This document shows, in pieces, positions 1 through 9,544 of a DNA stretch of 24,367 nucleotides. Location: assembly GCA_030604975.1 (NCBI GenBank), contig JAUVUV010000001.1, forward strand, positions 1 to 24,367, given 5' to 3'. This DNA comes from Candidatus Glassbacteria bacterium. GTDB lineage: Bacteria > Gemmatimonadota > Glassbacteria > GWA2-58-10. The notes under the pieces are model-generated. The model was given only the letters and a program-made list of their open reading frames with translations, had not been told where the DNA came from and searched no databases. Numbering within the stretch: position 1 is the first letter of the stretch; the number at the start of each line of letters is the position of its first letter. A program made the translations under genes and the position numbers.

Positions 1-1
1 A

Positions 2-2248
2 TCACCGGAACTGACTGTGCTCTGGTTCGATGATCTCGAACGTATCGACCGCCTCTCGCTCGAACTGCTGGTACACCTGATACAGAAAAAAGAAAGTCTC
101 TGGCCGCTGCTGATTCTTACCTCCAGCCGTTCCTCTTACAGCAGCATGCTGGACTACCTCGAGGAATTCCACGAGTTTTCCCTTGGCCGGCTCTCCAGGC
201 TTTCCAGAAAAAAAATCCTCACCAAGCTCGAAGCTGTTTCCGGCTCAGGCGCCCTGGCCCCGCAGTTGCAGAAAATTTTGATCGAATGCACACCGGGAAA
301 CCCTCAGCTGCTGATCGAGAGCTATCGGTTGGTGAGCGAAAAATCCTCCGAGCCGGGCGACCGGGAAAGGAAAAAAGGGTTGATCGCCGCACTCGAATCC
401 AAGTCACGCGCCCTGGATGTTATCGACCTGCCGAGGATCATGCGGGAACGCCTTCAGCCGCTGGAATCACGCGAACGGGCTATACTCCAGGCCATTGCGG
501 TCCTTGGTGCGTACAGTTCACTGGAGCTGGTCTCCGGGCTGCTTTCCCGCGTGGGCTATCCACCGGAAAACCTGGAGGAGTTACTCGAGAGTCTGACCAC
601 GGACGGGTTTCTCCAGGATCGTGCCGGTGCCGACAGCTCGATACGTCTTTCCTGCGCTCTGGCCTACAATATCCTGCTCGACTCGATACCAGCAGACCGC
701 CTTACCGCTCTCAAGCAGCAGTGCGCCGAAATGATCCATGAAATCAGCGAGGAGGAAGGCCTCGACATGGTATTCTTCCTGGGAGAATCCCTGACTGGCG
801 CTTATCTGCTCAAGATGGACTGGACCGTGGAGCTGCTTGCCACCTGCGGGGACCGCCGGTATGATCTGGAGGATTACGAAGGCGCAGTCCGGCTGTATAA
901 TGAGGCTGTGTCTCGGCTGGGTCTGGAATGCACGGAACAGGACAGCGACTTGTTCGCGGAGTCTGCCGAAATGCTCAACCTGATGCTAGTCAAAGCGGGC
1001 AAGGCTCAACTCGGTGCCGGCAGGATGAAAGAAGCGTTCGGTACGCTAACCGCAGCACTTGGACTGGCCCGGCACGGCACCTCCTGCAAGGCACGGGTGA
1101 ATGTCTGCCTCGAGCTCGGCGAGATCATGCTTCAGCGAGGAGACTGGAACGGTGCCGAACGTTTTTTCCAGGAAGGCCACAGCGCCGCTCTCGATTCCGG
1201 GGATGAAAACCTGACCGCCACATGCCTGGTTGCCTCCGGCAAGCTGAAAGTCCGCAAGGAGGACTACAAGCAGGCACAGAAGGCTTTCAGCGGTGCACTC
1301 AAGCTCAGCACATGCGACAAATCACCCGACCGGCGCCTGGAAATCCTGCTCAACCTGGGCTACATCCATCAGCAGACAGGCAAATTCAAGCGGGCAGCCG
1401 AGCTGTATAACGAGGCTTTAGAGCTGGCCCGCCTACGGCATGATGAAACCGCCGCAGTGACCGCATTGAGCAATCTGGGCCGGATCAAATACGAACAGGA
1501 TATGCTCGAAGAGGCTCTTGAGTTATTTCACCAGGCCCTGAAAGGTTTGCAGAACTGGGGCGACCTTCTGCAAACAGGCAACTGGCTGGGCTACATCGGC
1601 TCGGTCTACTTTGCAATGGAGGAATACGAGACGGCTATCGATTACTACCGTCAGGCGCTGAGCCTGGCGCAGAGAACCGGAAACCTTCGCAACCAGGGGA
1701 TCTGGCTTGCGAACCTGGGCAACGCCCATTACGAAATAAAAGAGGTCGGCAAAGCGCTCGATTTCTACCTTCGTGCGCTCGAGTTCGCCAGGGAAGACCA
1801 GGACTATTCCTACGTATCCACACTCCTTTCCACAATCGGGGTCTATTACTATAATCTCAAGCAGTACGAGATGGCCCGCCGCTATTTCGATGAAAGCCTC
1901 AATCTGGCGCGGGAAATCGACAACCTCCCGATCACCGTGCAGAACATCCTCTACCGCGGGTCGATCATGGCCTGCCTGGGAGACGAGAAAGGAGCCAGGC
2001 GCGTCCTGAATGAGGGTGAGGCCCTGGCACGCGAGCACGGCATGGATGAACACCTGGCGGTCGTCGAGCTGTTCCGGGCCCAAGCGGACATTCAGAATGA
2101 ACGCCTTGAAGCTGCGCGCGCCCACTGCGAAAAAGCCGCCGGGATCGCCAAACCCACCAGAAACAAGAAGCTGATTGCCGAGATAGAAAGAGCGCTGACC
2201 GCCTGTAAGGAAAAAGAGGGGGAAAGGCAAGACGACCAGGATTGCTGA
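2..2248 (+). CDS. STAND-like (AAA/adenylate-cyclase-associated type) ATPase with C-terminal TPR array; 5'-truncated by the window edge
   Basis: The frame is open from base 2. It has a Walker-B-like motif VLWFDDLERIDRLSLELL, a GxP motif (TPGNPQLLIE) and a winged-helix-like ILQAIAVLG. Many TPR repeats follow, e.g. GIWLANLGNAHYEIKEVGKALDFYLRALEFARE. Stop is TGA at 2246-2248. Confidence 0.8.
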   Translation, partial: SPELTVLWFDDLERIDRLSLELLVHLIQKKESLWPLLILTSSRSSYSSMLDYLEEFHEFSLGRLSRLSRKKILTKLEAVSGSGALAPQLQKILIECTPGNPQLLIESYRLVSEKSSEPGDRERKKGLIAALESKSRALDVIDLPRIMRERLQPLESRERAILQAIAVLGAYSSLELVSGLLSRVGYPPENLEELLESLTTDGFLQDRAGADSSIRLSCALAYNILLDSIPADRLTALKQQCAEMIHEISEEEGLDMVFFLGESLTGAYLLKMDWTVELLATCGDRRYDLEDYEGAVRLYNEAVSRLGLECTEQDSDLFAESAEMLNLMLVKAGKAQLGAGRMKEAFGTLTAALGLARHGTSCKARVNVCLELGEIMLQRGDWNGAERFFQEGHSAALDSGDENLTATCLVASGKLKVRKEDYKQAQKAFSGALKLSTCDKSPDRRLEILLNLGYIHQQTGKFKRAAELYNEALELARLRHDETAAVTALSNLGRIKYEQDMLEEALELFHQALKGLQNWGDLLQTGNWLGYIGSVYFAMEEYETAIDYYRQALSLAQRTGNLRNQGIWLANLGNAHYEIKEVGKALDFYLRALEFAREDQDYSYVSTLLSTIGVYYYNLKQYEMARRYFDESLNLAREIDNLPITVQNILYRGSIMACLGDEKGARRVLNEGEALAREHGMDEHLAVVELFRAQADIQNERLEAARAHCEKAAGIAKPTRNKKLIAEIERALTACKEKEGERQDDQDC

Positions 2249-2261
2249 ATCACCCTCTCCC

Positions 2262-2290
2262 TTGCCTAATCTTACAAAATTTAGTAAGAT
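2262..2290 (+). promoter_or_regulatory. Putative sigma70 promoter for the oxidoreductase, overlapped by a palindrome
   Basis: TTGCCT (2262-2267), 17 nt, TAAGAT (2285-2290). The inverted repeat ATCTTAC-N8-GTAAGAT spans 2269-2290. Confidence 0.5.
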
Positions 2291-2407
2291 AGATTTAATC
2301 TGTTTCTGAGTTATCCCTTTTAATTCACATATCCTCTGCTGAAATCCAACTGGGGTACGTTTCGTAGATTCATTTTCTATTCTGTCTATCTCATTTGAGG
2401 GGGAATA

Positions 2408-3703
2408 ATGGAAAAGGAGAAGAACAAAATAATCTCACGCCGTGATTTCATTGCAACCGGAGCTATCGCTGCAACAGCGATTTCCAGCTTTCCCTTCGTG
2501 AAAAACGCACATGCTCAGGGCAAGAAAAAGTTGAAAATCGGAGTTGTTGGCTGTGGCGGCAGAGGCACCGGAGCATGTGCGAACGCCATTGTTGCAGACC
2601 CGGGTAATATCGACCTGGTGGCCATGGCCGATGTCGCGCCGGAACAGATCGAAAAAAGCCTGAAGGCACTCGAAGAAACCCGGGAACTCCAGGGGGAACT
2701 TCAGAAAAACATCAAGGTCGCCAAAGACCATATCTTCCTCGGCGCGGACGGTTTCAAACAACTGCTTCAGACCGATATCGACTATGTGCTCCTGACAACA
2801 CCCCCGGGCTTCAGGCCCCTGCATTTCGAGGAGGCAGTTCGGCAGGGCAAGCATATCTTCGCGGAAAAACCCGTGGCGGCCGATCCTGTAGGCTGCAGGA
2901 ATATCAGAGCATCAGCGCAGAAAGCAAAGGAGAAAGGGCTTTCTGTGGTTGTCGGGCTCAACGCCAGGCACGACAAGTCAGTGATGGAGACCGTGAAAAG
3001 GATCCACGACGGCGCTGTCGGCGACATCCGCACCGGCACTATTCACCGCCTCGGCGGAGGTCTCTGGCACCGCGGCTCCAACCCGCTCTGGAGCGAGATG
3101 GAATACCAGTGCAGAAACTGGTATTATTTCGTCTGGCTCTCCGGCGACCAGATAGTGGAGATGGTCGTTCATCAGATCGACCTGATGAACTGGACCCTGG
3201 GTGCCCACCCGATCAGCGCCCTGAGCCAGGGAGGCCGCCAGGTCCGCACCGACCCTAAATATGGCAACATCTGGGACCACATGACTATCGATTACGAATA
3301 TCCCGACGACGTGCATGTGTTCTGTATGCTCCGCCAGTGGCCCAACTGTGATAACAAAAACCAGAACAGGGTTGTCGGCACGATCGGCGAGAGCGATTGC
3401 AGGAGGACAATCAGGGGCCAGAACAGGTGGAGATACAGGGATGAAAGGACCAACTCGAGCGTCTACGAGCACCAGGAGCTGATCGAAAGCATACGGAACG
3501 GCACGGCGAGAAACGATTGCCTGGATTTCGCTGTCGACAGTACACTCACCGCAATCATGGGACGCGAATCCGCTTACACTGGTAAAATTGTTACCTGGGA
3601 CGAAATGATCAATTCCGATCTCGATCTTTTCCCCAAGAACTATCAGTTCGGACCGGCGCCGAAAAGGCCGGTGGCCATGCCGGGAGAGCCGAGACCGGTA
3701 TAA
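2408..3703 (+). CDS. Gfo/Idh/MocA family NAD(P)-dependent oxidoreductase with twin-arginine signal
   Basis: Tat motif SRRDFI with an AHA cleavage site, Rossmann motif KIGVVGCGGRG, EKP motif, and NWYYFVWLSGDQIVEMVVHQID. RBS GAGGGG lies upstream of the ATG. Confidence 0.9.
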   Translation: MEKEKNKIISRRDFIATGAIAATAISSFPFVKNAHAQGKKKLKIGVVGCGGRGTGACANAIVADPGNIDLVAMADVAPEQIEKSLKALEETRELQGELQKNIKVAKDHIFLGADGFKQLLQTDIDYVLLTTPPGFRPLHFEEAVRQGKHIFAEKPVAADPVGCRNIRASAQKAKEKGLSVVVGLNARHDKSVMETVKRIHDGAVGDIRTGTIHRLGGGLWHRGSNPLWSEMEYQCRNWYYFVWLSGDQIVEMVVHQIDLMNWTLGAHPISALSQGGRQVRTDPKYGNIWDHMTIDYEYPDDVHVFCMLRQWPNCDNKNQNRVVGTIGESDCRRTIRGQNRWRYRDERTNSSVYEHQELIESIRNGTARNDCLDFAVDSTLTAIMGRESAYTGKIVTWDEMINSDLDLFPKNYQFGPAPKRPVAMPGEPRPV

Positions 3704-3790
3704 TTAATCTGCGTGGAAGATACTACTGCAAGTTGGCTTCCAGGCAGAGTCTATCAGGTTCTGTTTTCCGATGGAAAGATCTTGAAAAAT

Positions 3791-3845
3791 AGCCGGACTT
3801 TGATTTTTCTCTTCCCAATAGTCAAAGTCCGGCTTTATTATTTTA
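3791..3845 (+). terminator. Probable intrinsic terminator (13-bp perfect stem, 18-nt loop, T-rich tail)
   Basis: AGCCGGACTTTGA (3791-3803) pairs with TCAAAGTCCGGCT (3822-3834). It is followed by TTATTATTTT and preceded by AAAAAT. Confidence 0.5.
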
Positions 3846-3872
3846 TTGTCGGCTTGCCCTCGGGAGGTATCT

Positions 3873-4550
3873 TTGGAACAGCAATTGGAAAAGTATTCGA
3901 ATCAATTAAGCAAAAAACTGGAAAGAATTATCCGGCCTTTGGCCGACGGGGTGAAAGCGGAGAAGAAAGAGAAAGAGGCAGCCGAAGAATTCAAGCTTTA
4001 CAGCCTGGGCCTGGCCGATCGGGTCATCAGTATGCTTGATCCCGGCCGCGACTTTTCGGGATCACGCGTTCTCGTACTTGAAAACGGCACGGGCCTTCTC
4101 GCCCGGCGGCTCGCCGAGATAGACATGGACGTGGTGGCAGCTGCACCCACTAGAAATTTGGCCCGCCTGGCTGGTCAGTTCAATCCCTACCCAAGCATCA
4201 TTTACAAGTGGTTCAATCCTTTCCCTGCCACCGAGGAGTTCGACATTATTATCGGCACCGGCATCCTCGCTTTTTACCCGAAACAGCTTACCAAAACCCT
4301 GCTCGAAAGCCTGGCAGGTTTCTGCAAGCGAAAATTAATCTTTGAACTCCCTCTCTCCCTGAGCTGGTACCACCGCCTCTTTCAGCCACAGGCAAATCCG
4401 GGCGGCCTGGAAATGACCGGCTTCACCAGAAAAGAAATCTTCTTCCTGATCGAAAACACCTGCGGGATGCTGATTTCAGAACACAGATCCGCAGGCGGCA
4501 AACTTTTGTTCAAGGCGCTCAAGAAAGCCCACCTGAGTCTTCCCCGCTGA
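3873..4550 (+). CDS. Class I SAM-dependent methyltransferase-like protein with degenerate motifs
   Basis: GGAGG (3863-3867) lies 5 nt before TTG 3873, a better start than 3846. It shows motif-I-like [21 protein letters not shown] and motif-II-like [15 protein letters not shown], after a charged N-terminal helix. Confidence 0.6.
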   Translation: MEQQLEKYSNQLSKKLERIIRPLADGVKAEKKEKEAAEEFKLYSLGLADRVISMLDPGRDFSGSRVLVLENGTGLLARRLAEIDMDVVAAAPTRNLARLAGQFNPYPSIIYKWFNPFPATEEFDIIIGTGILAFYPKQLTKTLLESLAGFCKRKLIFELPLSLSWYHRLFQPQANPGGLEMTGFTRKEIFFLIENTCGMLISEHRSAGGKLLFKALKKAHLSLPR

Positions 4551-5895
4551 AATAAGCAGATGTCACCCGCACCACCACCCCGCTCAGCAGAAGCAGGCCC
4601 ACCAGGTTCGGCACAGCCATCAGCCCGTTCATCACATCCGAAATCAGCCAGACTGTATCGAGTTTTCCCACTGCACCAACGAATACCACGATTGTGAAAA
4701 TCGCCCGGTAGGGAACCACGGCCCGCTCGCCGAACAGGTACTCGAAAGACTTTTCGCCGTAATAGGACCAGCCGAGAATCGTCGAGTAGGCAAAGAGCAT
4801 CAGGCTGATCGAGACGATTATCCCGCCCATCTCCCCGGGCAGCACCGCGTTGAAAGCCTGCATGGTCAGTTTCACCCCGGTCTCCCCGCCTGTCCAGACT
4901 CCGGTAAGCAGGATAGCGAGCCCGGTCAGGGTGCAGACCACGAGCGTATCGATAAAGGTCTGGGTCATGGAGACCATCGCCTGGCGCACCGGATGGCGGG
5001 TCTGGGCTGCGGCCGCGGCGATTGCCGAGCTGCCCAGTCCCGATTCATTGGAGAAAATCCCGCGCGCCACGCCCCAGCGGATGGTGAGCATCACAGTGGC
5101 CCCGGCGAACCCCCCGCTGGCAGCTGTCGGGGTGAACGCCTGGGTGAAAATAAGCTTGAATACCGCGGGCAAGGCCTCCAGGTTGGCCAGGATCACCCAG
5201 AGTGCGGCACCAATGTAGAAAACGATCATCACCGGCACGAGCAGGCTGGTCACCCTGCCGATCGACTTGATCCCGCCCAGCAGCACGAGACCAGTGGCCA
5301 CGGTCAGGAAGACCCCCGTTATCCTGTGAGCCACCCCGAAAGTGCCGTGCACCGCCTCGCACACGCTGTTGGACTGGACCATATTACCGATCCCGAAAGC
5401 AGCCACCGCGGCGAAAATGGCAAAAAGCACGCCGAGCCACTTCCAGCCCAGCCCGTTGCTCAGGTAGTACATCGGGCCGCCGCACATCATCCCCTTTTTG
5501 TCCGTTGTACGGTATTTCACTGCAAGCAGCGCCTCGGCGTACTTGGTGGCCATGCCGAAAAGCCCGGTAACCCACATCCAGAACAGCGCACCCGGCCCGC
5601 CCCACGTAAGCGCTGTTGCCACCCCGGCGATATTCCCTGTGCCCACTGTGGCGGCCAGAGCAGTCATCAGAGCCTGGAAATGGCTGATATCGCCCTTGCT
5701 GCCCTTGTCCCGCCTCTTCACGAGCGCCAGGTGAAGTGCCGGCAGCAGGGCGCTGAACTGCAGACCCCGCAGCACAACGGTCAGGTAGATACCCGTGCCC
5801 ACCAAGAGAATCAGCATGGGCGGGCCCCAGACCAGGGTGCTGGCATATTCGACTGCGCTTTGAAAGCTTTGAATAAATCCAGTGCCGGTTTCCAA
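4519..5895 (-). CDS. Alanine/glycine:cation symporter family (AGCS) amino-acid transporter
   Basis: Family signatures [33 protein letters not shown] and FIDTLVVCT, with about 11 hydrophobic helices. TTG start has GGAGG 5 nt upstream. Confidence 0.95.
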   Translation of the reverse strand: METGTGFIQSFQSAVEYASTLVWGPPMLILLVGTGIYLTVVLRGLQFSALLPALHLALVKRRDKGSKGDISHFQALMTALAATVGTGNIAGVATALTWGGPGALFWMWVTGLFGMATKYAEALLAVKYRTTDKKGMMCGGPMYYLSNGLGWKWLGVLFAIFAAVAAFGIGNMVQSNSVCEAVHGTFGVAHRITGVFLTVATGLVLLGGIKSIGRVTSLLVPVMIVFYIGAALWVILANLEALPAVFKLIFTQAFTPTAASGGFAGATVMLTIRWGVARGIFSNESGLGSSAIAAAAAQTRHPVRQAMVSMTQTFIDTLVVCTLTGLAILLTGVWTGGETGVKLTMQAFNAVLPGEMGGIIVSISLMLFAYSTILGWSYYGEKSFEYLFGERAVVPYRAIFTIVVFVGAVGKLDTVWLISDVMNGLMAVPNLVGLLLLSGVVVRVTSAYFSGEDSGGLS

Positions 5896-5953
5896 TTAGA
5901 CCTCCGGGTGTTGGGCTGAAAGGGTGAGGATTACGCAGGCTTTAATGTGGGCA

Positions 5954-5982
5954 AATTTAAAGGGTAGGCAGGGAAGGGGCAA
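5954..5982 (-). promoter_or_regulatory. Putative sigma70 promoter for the AGCS gene
   Basis: On the minus strand: TTGCCC, 17 nt, TAAATT, preceded by an A-tract. Confidence 0.45.
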
Positions 5983-6038
5983 TTTTTTTCTTTTGAGATA
6001 AATCCGTTCTATTAAGCTGGAAAAGATACTGCTGGACT

Positions 6039-9000
6039 CTAATCCCGCCAGTCAAAGAGAGAATAAACGGTAGGCAGAAGCAGCAGGGTAAGAAAGGTGC
6101 CCACCAGCAAGCCCCCTATCACCACCACCGCCATGGGCGAGCGCACCTCGCTGCCCTCGCCGATACCGATTGCCATGGGCAGAAGGCCGAGAATCGTGGT
6201 CGCGCTGGTCATCAGGATCGGGCGAAGGCGTACCTTGCCGGCGACAACCAGGGCCTCGTTCTTGCTCATGCCCTCCCTGCGCAGCACGTTCACATAGTCC
6301 ACCAGCACAATCGCGTTGTTCACCACGATCCCGGAGAGCATCACCACTCCGATCAATGCCACCACGCTGATAATCCCGCTTGTGGCATAAAGCGACCAGA
6401 TCACACCCACCAGGCCGAAGGGGATAGTGAAAAGGATCACTAGCGGGTGAAGCAGGGATTCGAACTGGCTTGCCATCACCAGATACACCAGGAAAATCGC
6501 CAGGCCGATGGCAAAGAGCATGCTTTTCATCGCGCGGCGCATCTCCAGGCCCTGGCCGCCGAAAGTGATTGAAATCTCCGGCGGCACGTTCATATCCGCC
6601 AGAGCTTGTTCGATCCTGCCGATCACCGTACCGAGATCCACCCCGGAAAGCCCGGCGGAGATTACCGCAACCCTCTCCTGGTCGACCCTGCGGATTTCGC
6701 TCGGCCCCTCCTCTACAACCAGGTCCGCCACAGCATCCAGCGTGATCGGTCGCCCGTCGATTGTGGCCACTGTCAGCTTGCGGATATCATCCACCCTGTC
6801 ACGGTCTTCCTCCTCCACCCGCACGCGAATGTCCACCTTGCGTCCCATGCGGTGAAGTTCGGTGGGGACCTCGCCGAGCACCTTGCCGCGGATCACCCGG
6901 GCGAGTTGGCTCAGGGTAAGGTTTAGCGCAGCAAGCCGGTCCCTCTTGAAAAGGACCTGGATCTCGGGATTCCCGCCCTCAGTCGAACTTTTAATGTCGG
7001 AAAGACCTTCCACACCAGCCAGGCGGCGGGATGCCTCGTCGCTGATCCTCTTGAGCGTATTCAGGTTGTAGCCCCGGATCTCCAGCTCCACCGGAGTCTT
7101 GAAGCTGTAAAGAACCGGCCTGCCGAACTTCACACTCGTCCCCGGGATCAACTCGAAACGCGAGCGCAACTCATCGATCAGCAAGTCCTCCTCTTGCCGG
7201 GACAGGCTGCCGTCGAACAGAATACTCATCTGGCCGATATCCTCGCGCTCCTCTTTCAGGCTGCCGCCGACCATGGTGCTTACTCCCGCCGAGATATAGA
7301 CAAGCTCCACCTCCGGCTCCTGTTCGGCAATCCGCTGCATCCTTGTCAGCACCTCCCGGGTACGTTCCACCGGAGTGCCGACCGGCATTTTCAGCCCCAC
7401 CAGAATTTCGTTCTGGCTCATCTCAGGAATTAACTCCCGACCCAACCGGGGATAGATCAAAAAAGAGGCGATGAATATCGCCAGGGCAAATGCCAGTGTC
7501 ACCAGCCGGTTGTTCAGCACCCAGGGAAGAAGCCGGGCGTAATTCGGTTCGATCCAGGCGTAGAAGTGGCGGTGAAGAATCAGCAGGGGGCTGATCAGAA
7601 ACCTCAGGCCGCGCCCGAGCCAGAGGCCTGCATACTTGACCACTGTGAGCAGAATGATTGGCAGGTAGTAAAAAATTATCCGGAATAAGAAAGCCACAGA
7701 GTCATACGGCCAGTAGATCCAGCCCGGTCCCCGGCGAGTTCCCTCTCGTTCAGAATCAACTTCTCCAGCAGAGTGAATCTCGCCCGGAGCTTTCGCCTCG
7801 CTGCTTGAGCCGAACGCCTTTCCGCCCTTGAAACCCGAACTCATCATTGGGATTAAGGTCAGGGCCACCAGCAGTGAGACAAGCAGGCTGAAGGTGACTG
7901 TCAGCGACTGGTCGGTGAAAAGCTGTCCAGCCACACCGGTGACAAAGATTATCGGCAGGAAAACGCAGATCGTGGTCAGGGTCGAAGCGGTCACCGCCTT
8001 GCCTACCAGGGTCGCACCCTTGTTGGCAGCTTCAGGCGCACTATAGCCTTCTTTCAGGTAGCGGTCGATCGACTCGAGCACCACAATCGAGTTGTCCACG
8101 AGCATCCCCACGCCCAGGGCCAGGCCCCCGAGGGACATGATATTGAGCGAAACCCCGGAGATGAACATGAAAAAGAAAGTCGCCACCACACAGATCGGGA
8201 TGGCCAGCGAAATGATCAGGGTCGCTCCGATGCGCTGAAGGAAAACATAGAGCACGATTACCGCCAGAATCCCGCCGATCATCGCGGTTTTGAGCACCTC
8301 CCAGATAGAATTGGTGATAAAACGTGACTGGTCGGTGATTACACTCAGATTTATCCCTCTTGACGGCCCATATTCTTTGCGGACATCATCGAGCCTGTCT
8401 TTCACCCGCCGGGCCACCAGTATCGTGTTTGCATCTGCTTCCTTGTAAACAGCCAGTTCCACGTTCTCCTGCCCGTCGACCTCGGTAATCACCGTGCGGT
8501 CCTTGAATCCCCGGCGTACCTCGGCTACATCGGAGAGCCTGATCAGCACATCGCCGCGGCGTTCGATAATGATATCCGCTATTTCATCCGGGCTCTTGTA
8601 CTGGTTCAGGGTGCGCACCAGGTAGTCTGCATCCCCATCGGTGAGAGTGCCGCCGGTGAGGTTGATATTCTCGGCAGCTACCCGGTTCGCCACAGTCTGC
8701 ACACTCAAACCCAGAGAGGCGAGCTTGCGCTCGCTCAGGGCCACATGTATCTCCTCCTCCAACCCCCCGGAGACCTCGATCGCCGCTACTCCGTCGACTG
8801 TCTCCAGCTTAGTTTTCAGCCGTTCCTCGGCCATCGTGCGCAGGGCGATCAGGTCGATCTCTTTCGAAGTCAACCCCAGGCGCATGATCGGCTCAAGACC
8901 AGGATCGTAGCGCAGGATTATCGGTTTCTGCACCTCCTGGGGCAGACGCACGCGGTCGAGTTTCTCGCGCACATCGAGAGAGGCGAAATCCATCTGGGTG

Positions 9001-9293
9001 CCCCACTCGAACTCCACGGTGACATCGCTGATCCCAGCCCGCGAGCGGCTCGAGACCCGGATCACATTGTTCACCACACTCACCGCCTCCTCGATCCGCC
9101 GGGTCACAAGGTTCTCCACTTCTTCCGGGGCCGCGCCGGCAAACCCGGTGCGCACCGAGAGAGTCGGATAGGAGATATCGGGCAGAAGATTGATCGGCAG
9201 ACGCTGGTAGGCCACACCACCGAAAAGCACAAGGGTGACTATCAGCATGGTCACAGTCACAGGCCTGCGGATTGATGACTCGACTATTCTCAT
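6039..9293 (-). CDS. AcrB/AcrD/AcrF family RND efflux permease
   Basis: Motifs RRPVTVTML, LPINLLPDISYP, LALGVGMLVDNSIVVLE, GIVVNNAIVLVD and RLRPILMT. ATG at 9293 gives 1084 aa; an alternative TTG is at 9317. Confidence 0.95.
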   Translation of the reverse strand: MRIVESSIRRPVTVTMLIVTLVLFGGVAYQRLPINLLPDISYPTLSVRTGFAGAAPEEVENLVTRRIEEAVSVVNNVIRVSSRSRAGISDVTVEFEWGTQMDFASLDVREKLDRVRLPQEVQKPIILRYDPGLEPIMRLGLTSKEIDLIALRTMAEERLKTKLETVDGVAAIEVSGGLEEEIHVALSERKLASLGLSVQTVANRVAAENINLTGGTLTDGDADYLVRTLNQYKSPDEIADIIIERRGDVLIRLSDVAEVRRGFKDRTVITEVDGQENVELAVYKEADANTILVARRVKDRLDDVRKEYGPSRGINLSVITDQSRFITNSIWEVLKTAMIGGILAVIVLYVFLQRIGATLIISLAIPICVVATFFFMFISGVSLNIMSLGGLALGVGMLVDNSIVVLESIDRYLKEGYSAPEAANKGATLVGKAVTASTLTTICVFLPIIFVTGVAGQLFTDQSLTVTFSLLVSLLVALTLIPMMSSGFKGGKAFGSSSEAKAPGEIHSAGEVDSEREGTRRGPGWIYWPYDSVAFLFRIIFYYLPIILLTVVKYAGLWLGRGLRFLISPLLILHRHFYAWIEPNYARLLPWVLNNRLVTLAFALAIFIASFLIYPRLGRELIPEMSQNEILVGLKMPVGTPVERTREVLTRMQRIAEQEPEVELVYISAGVSTMVGGSLKEEREDIGQMSILFDGSLSRQEEDLLIDELRSRFELIPGTSVKFGRPVLYSFKTPVELEIRGYNLNTLKRISDEASRRLAGVEGLSDIKSSTEGGNPEIQVLFKRDRLAALNLTLSQLARVIRGKVLGEVPTELHRMGRKVDIRVRVEEEDRDRVDDIRKLTVATIDGRPITLDAVADLVVEEGPSEIRRVDQERVAVISAGLSGVDLGTVIGRIEQALADMNVPPEISITFGGQGLEMRRAMKSMLFAIGLAIFLVYLVMASQFESLLHPLVILFTIPFGLVGVIWSLYATSGIISVVALIGVVMLSGIVVNNAIVLVDYVNVLRREGMSKNEALVVAGKVRLRPILMTSATTILGLLPMAIGIGEGSEVRSPMAVVVIGGLLVGTFLTLLLLPTVYSLFDWRD

Positions 9294-9432
9294 CTCGGTA
9301 AAGGAGCGCCTTTCCAACGCTCGAAAACTTTTACAAAAAAATCTACCTTAAGCCAACGAAGCCGGAAGATCACGCAGCAAGAATGTATAACTAAAATACA
9401 GGTGAACTTCCCTGTCAAGATATTTTAAACTA

Positions 9433-9462
9433 TTGCCATCCAGTTCCTATCTTCTATACATT
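9433..9462 (+). promoter_or_regulatory. Putative promoter for the DUF2264 gene
   Basis: TTGCCA (9433-9438) is followed after 16-18 nt by TATACA/TACATT in an AT-rich divergent spacer. Confidence 0.3.
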
Positions 9463-9544
9463 ACAAGGAAGAATATGGTTACATTAAATCTGGTTTAAAT
9501 TATTAAATCAACCAGTTCTTGAACCGGTTTTTACTGAGAAAAAG

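Noticed and set aside
3713-4039. 108-aa ORF after the oxidoreductase
   Set aside because: It runs through the inverted repeat and overlaps the methyltransferase-like gene out of frame, with no RBS or motif.
5896-6038. Glycine riboswitch upstream of the AGCS transporter
   Set aside because: The spacer is only 143 nt, the putative promoter is about 60 nt from the start, and the conserved aptamer motifs (GGAGA, CCGAAG, CTCAGG) are not seen.
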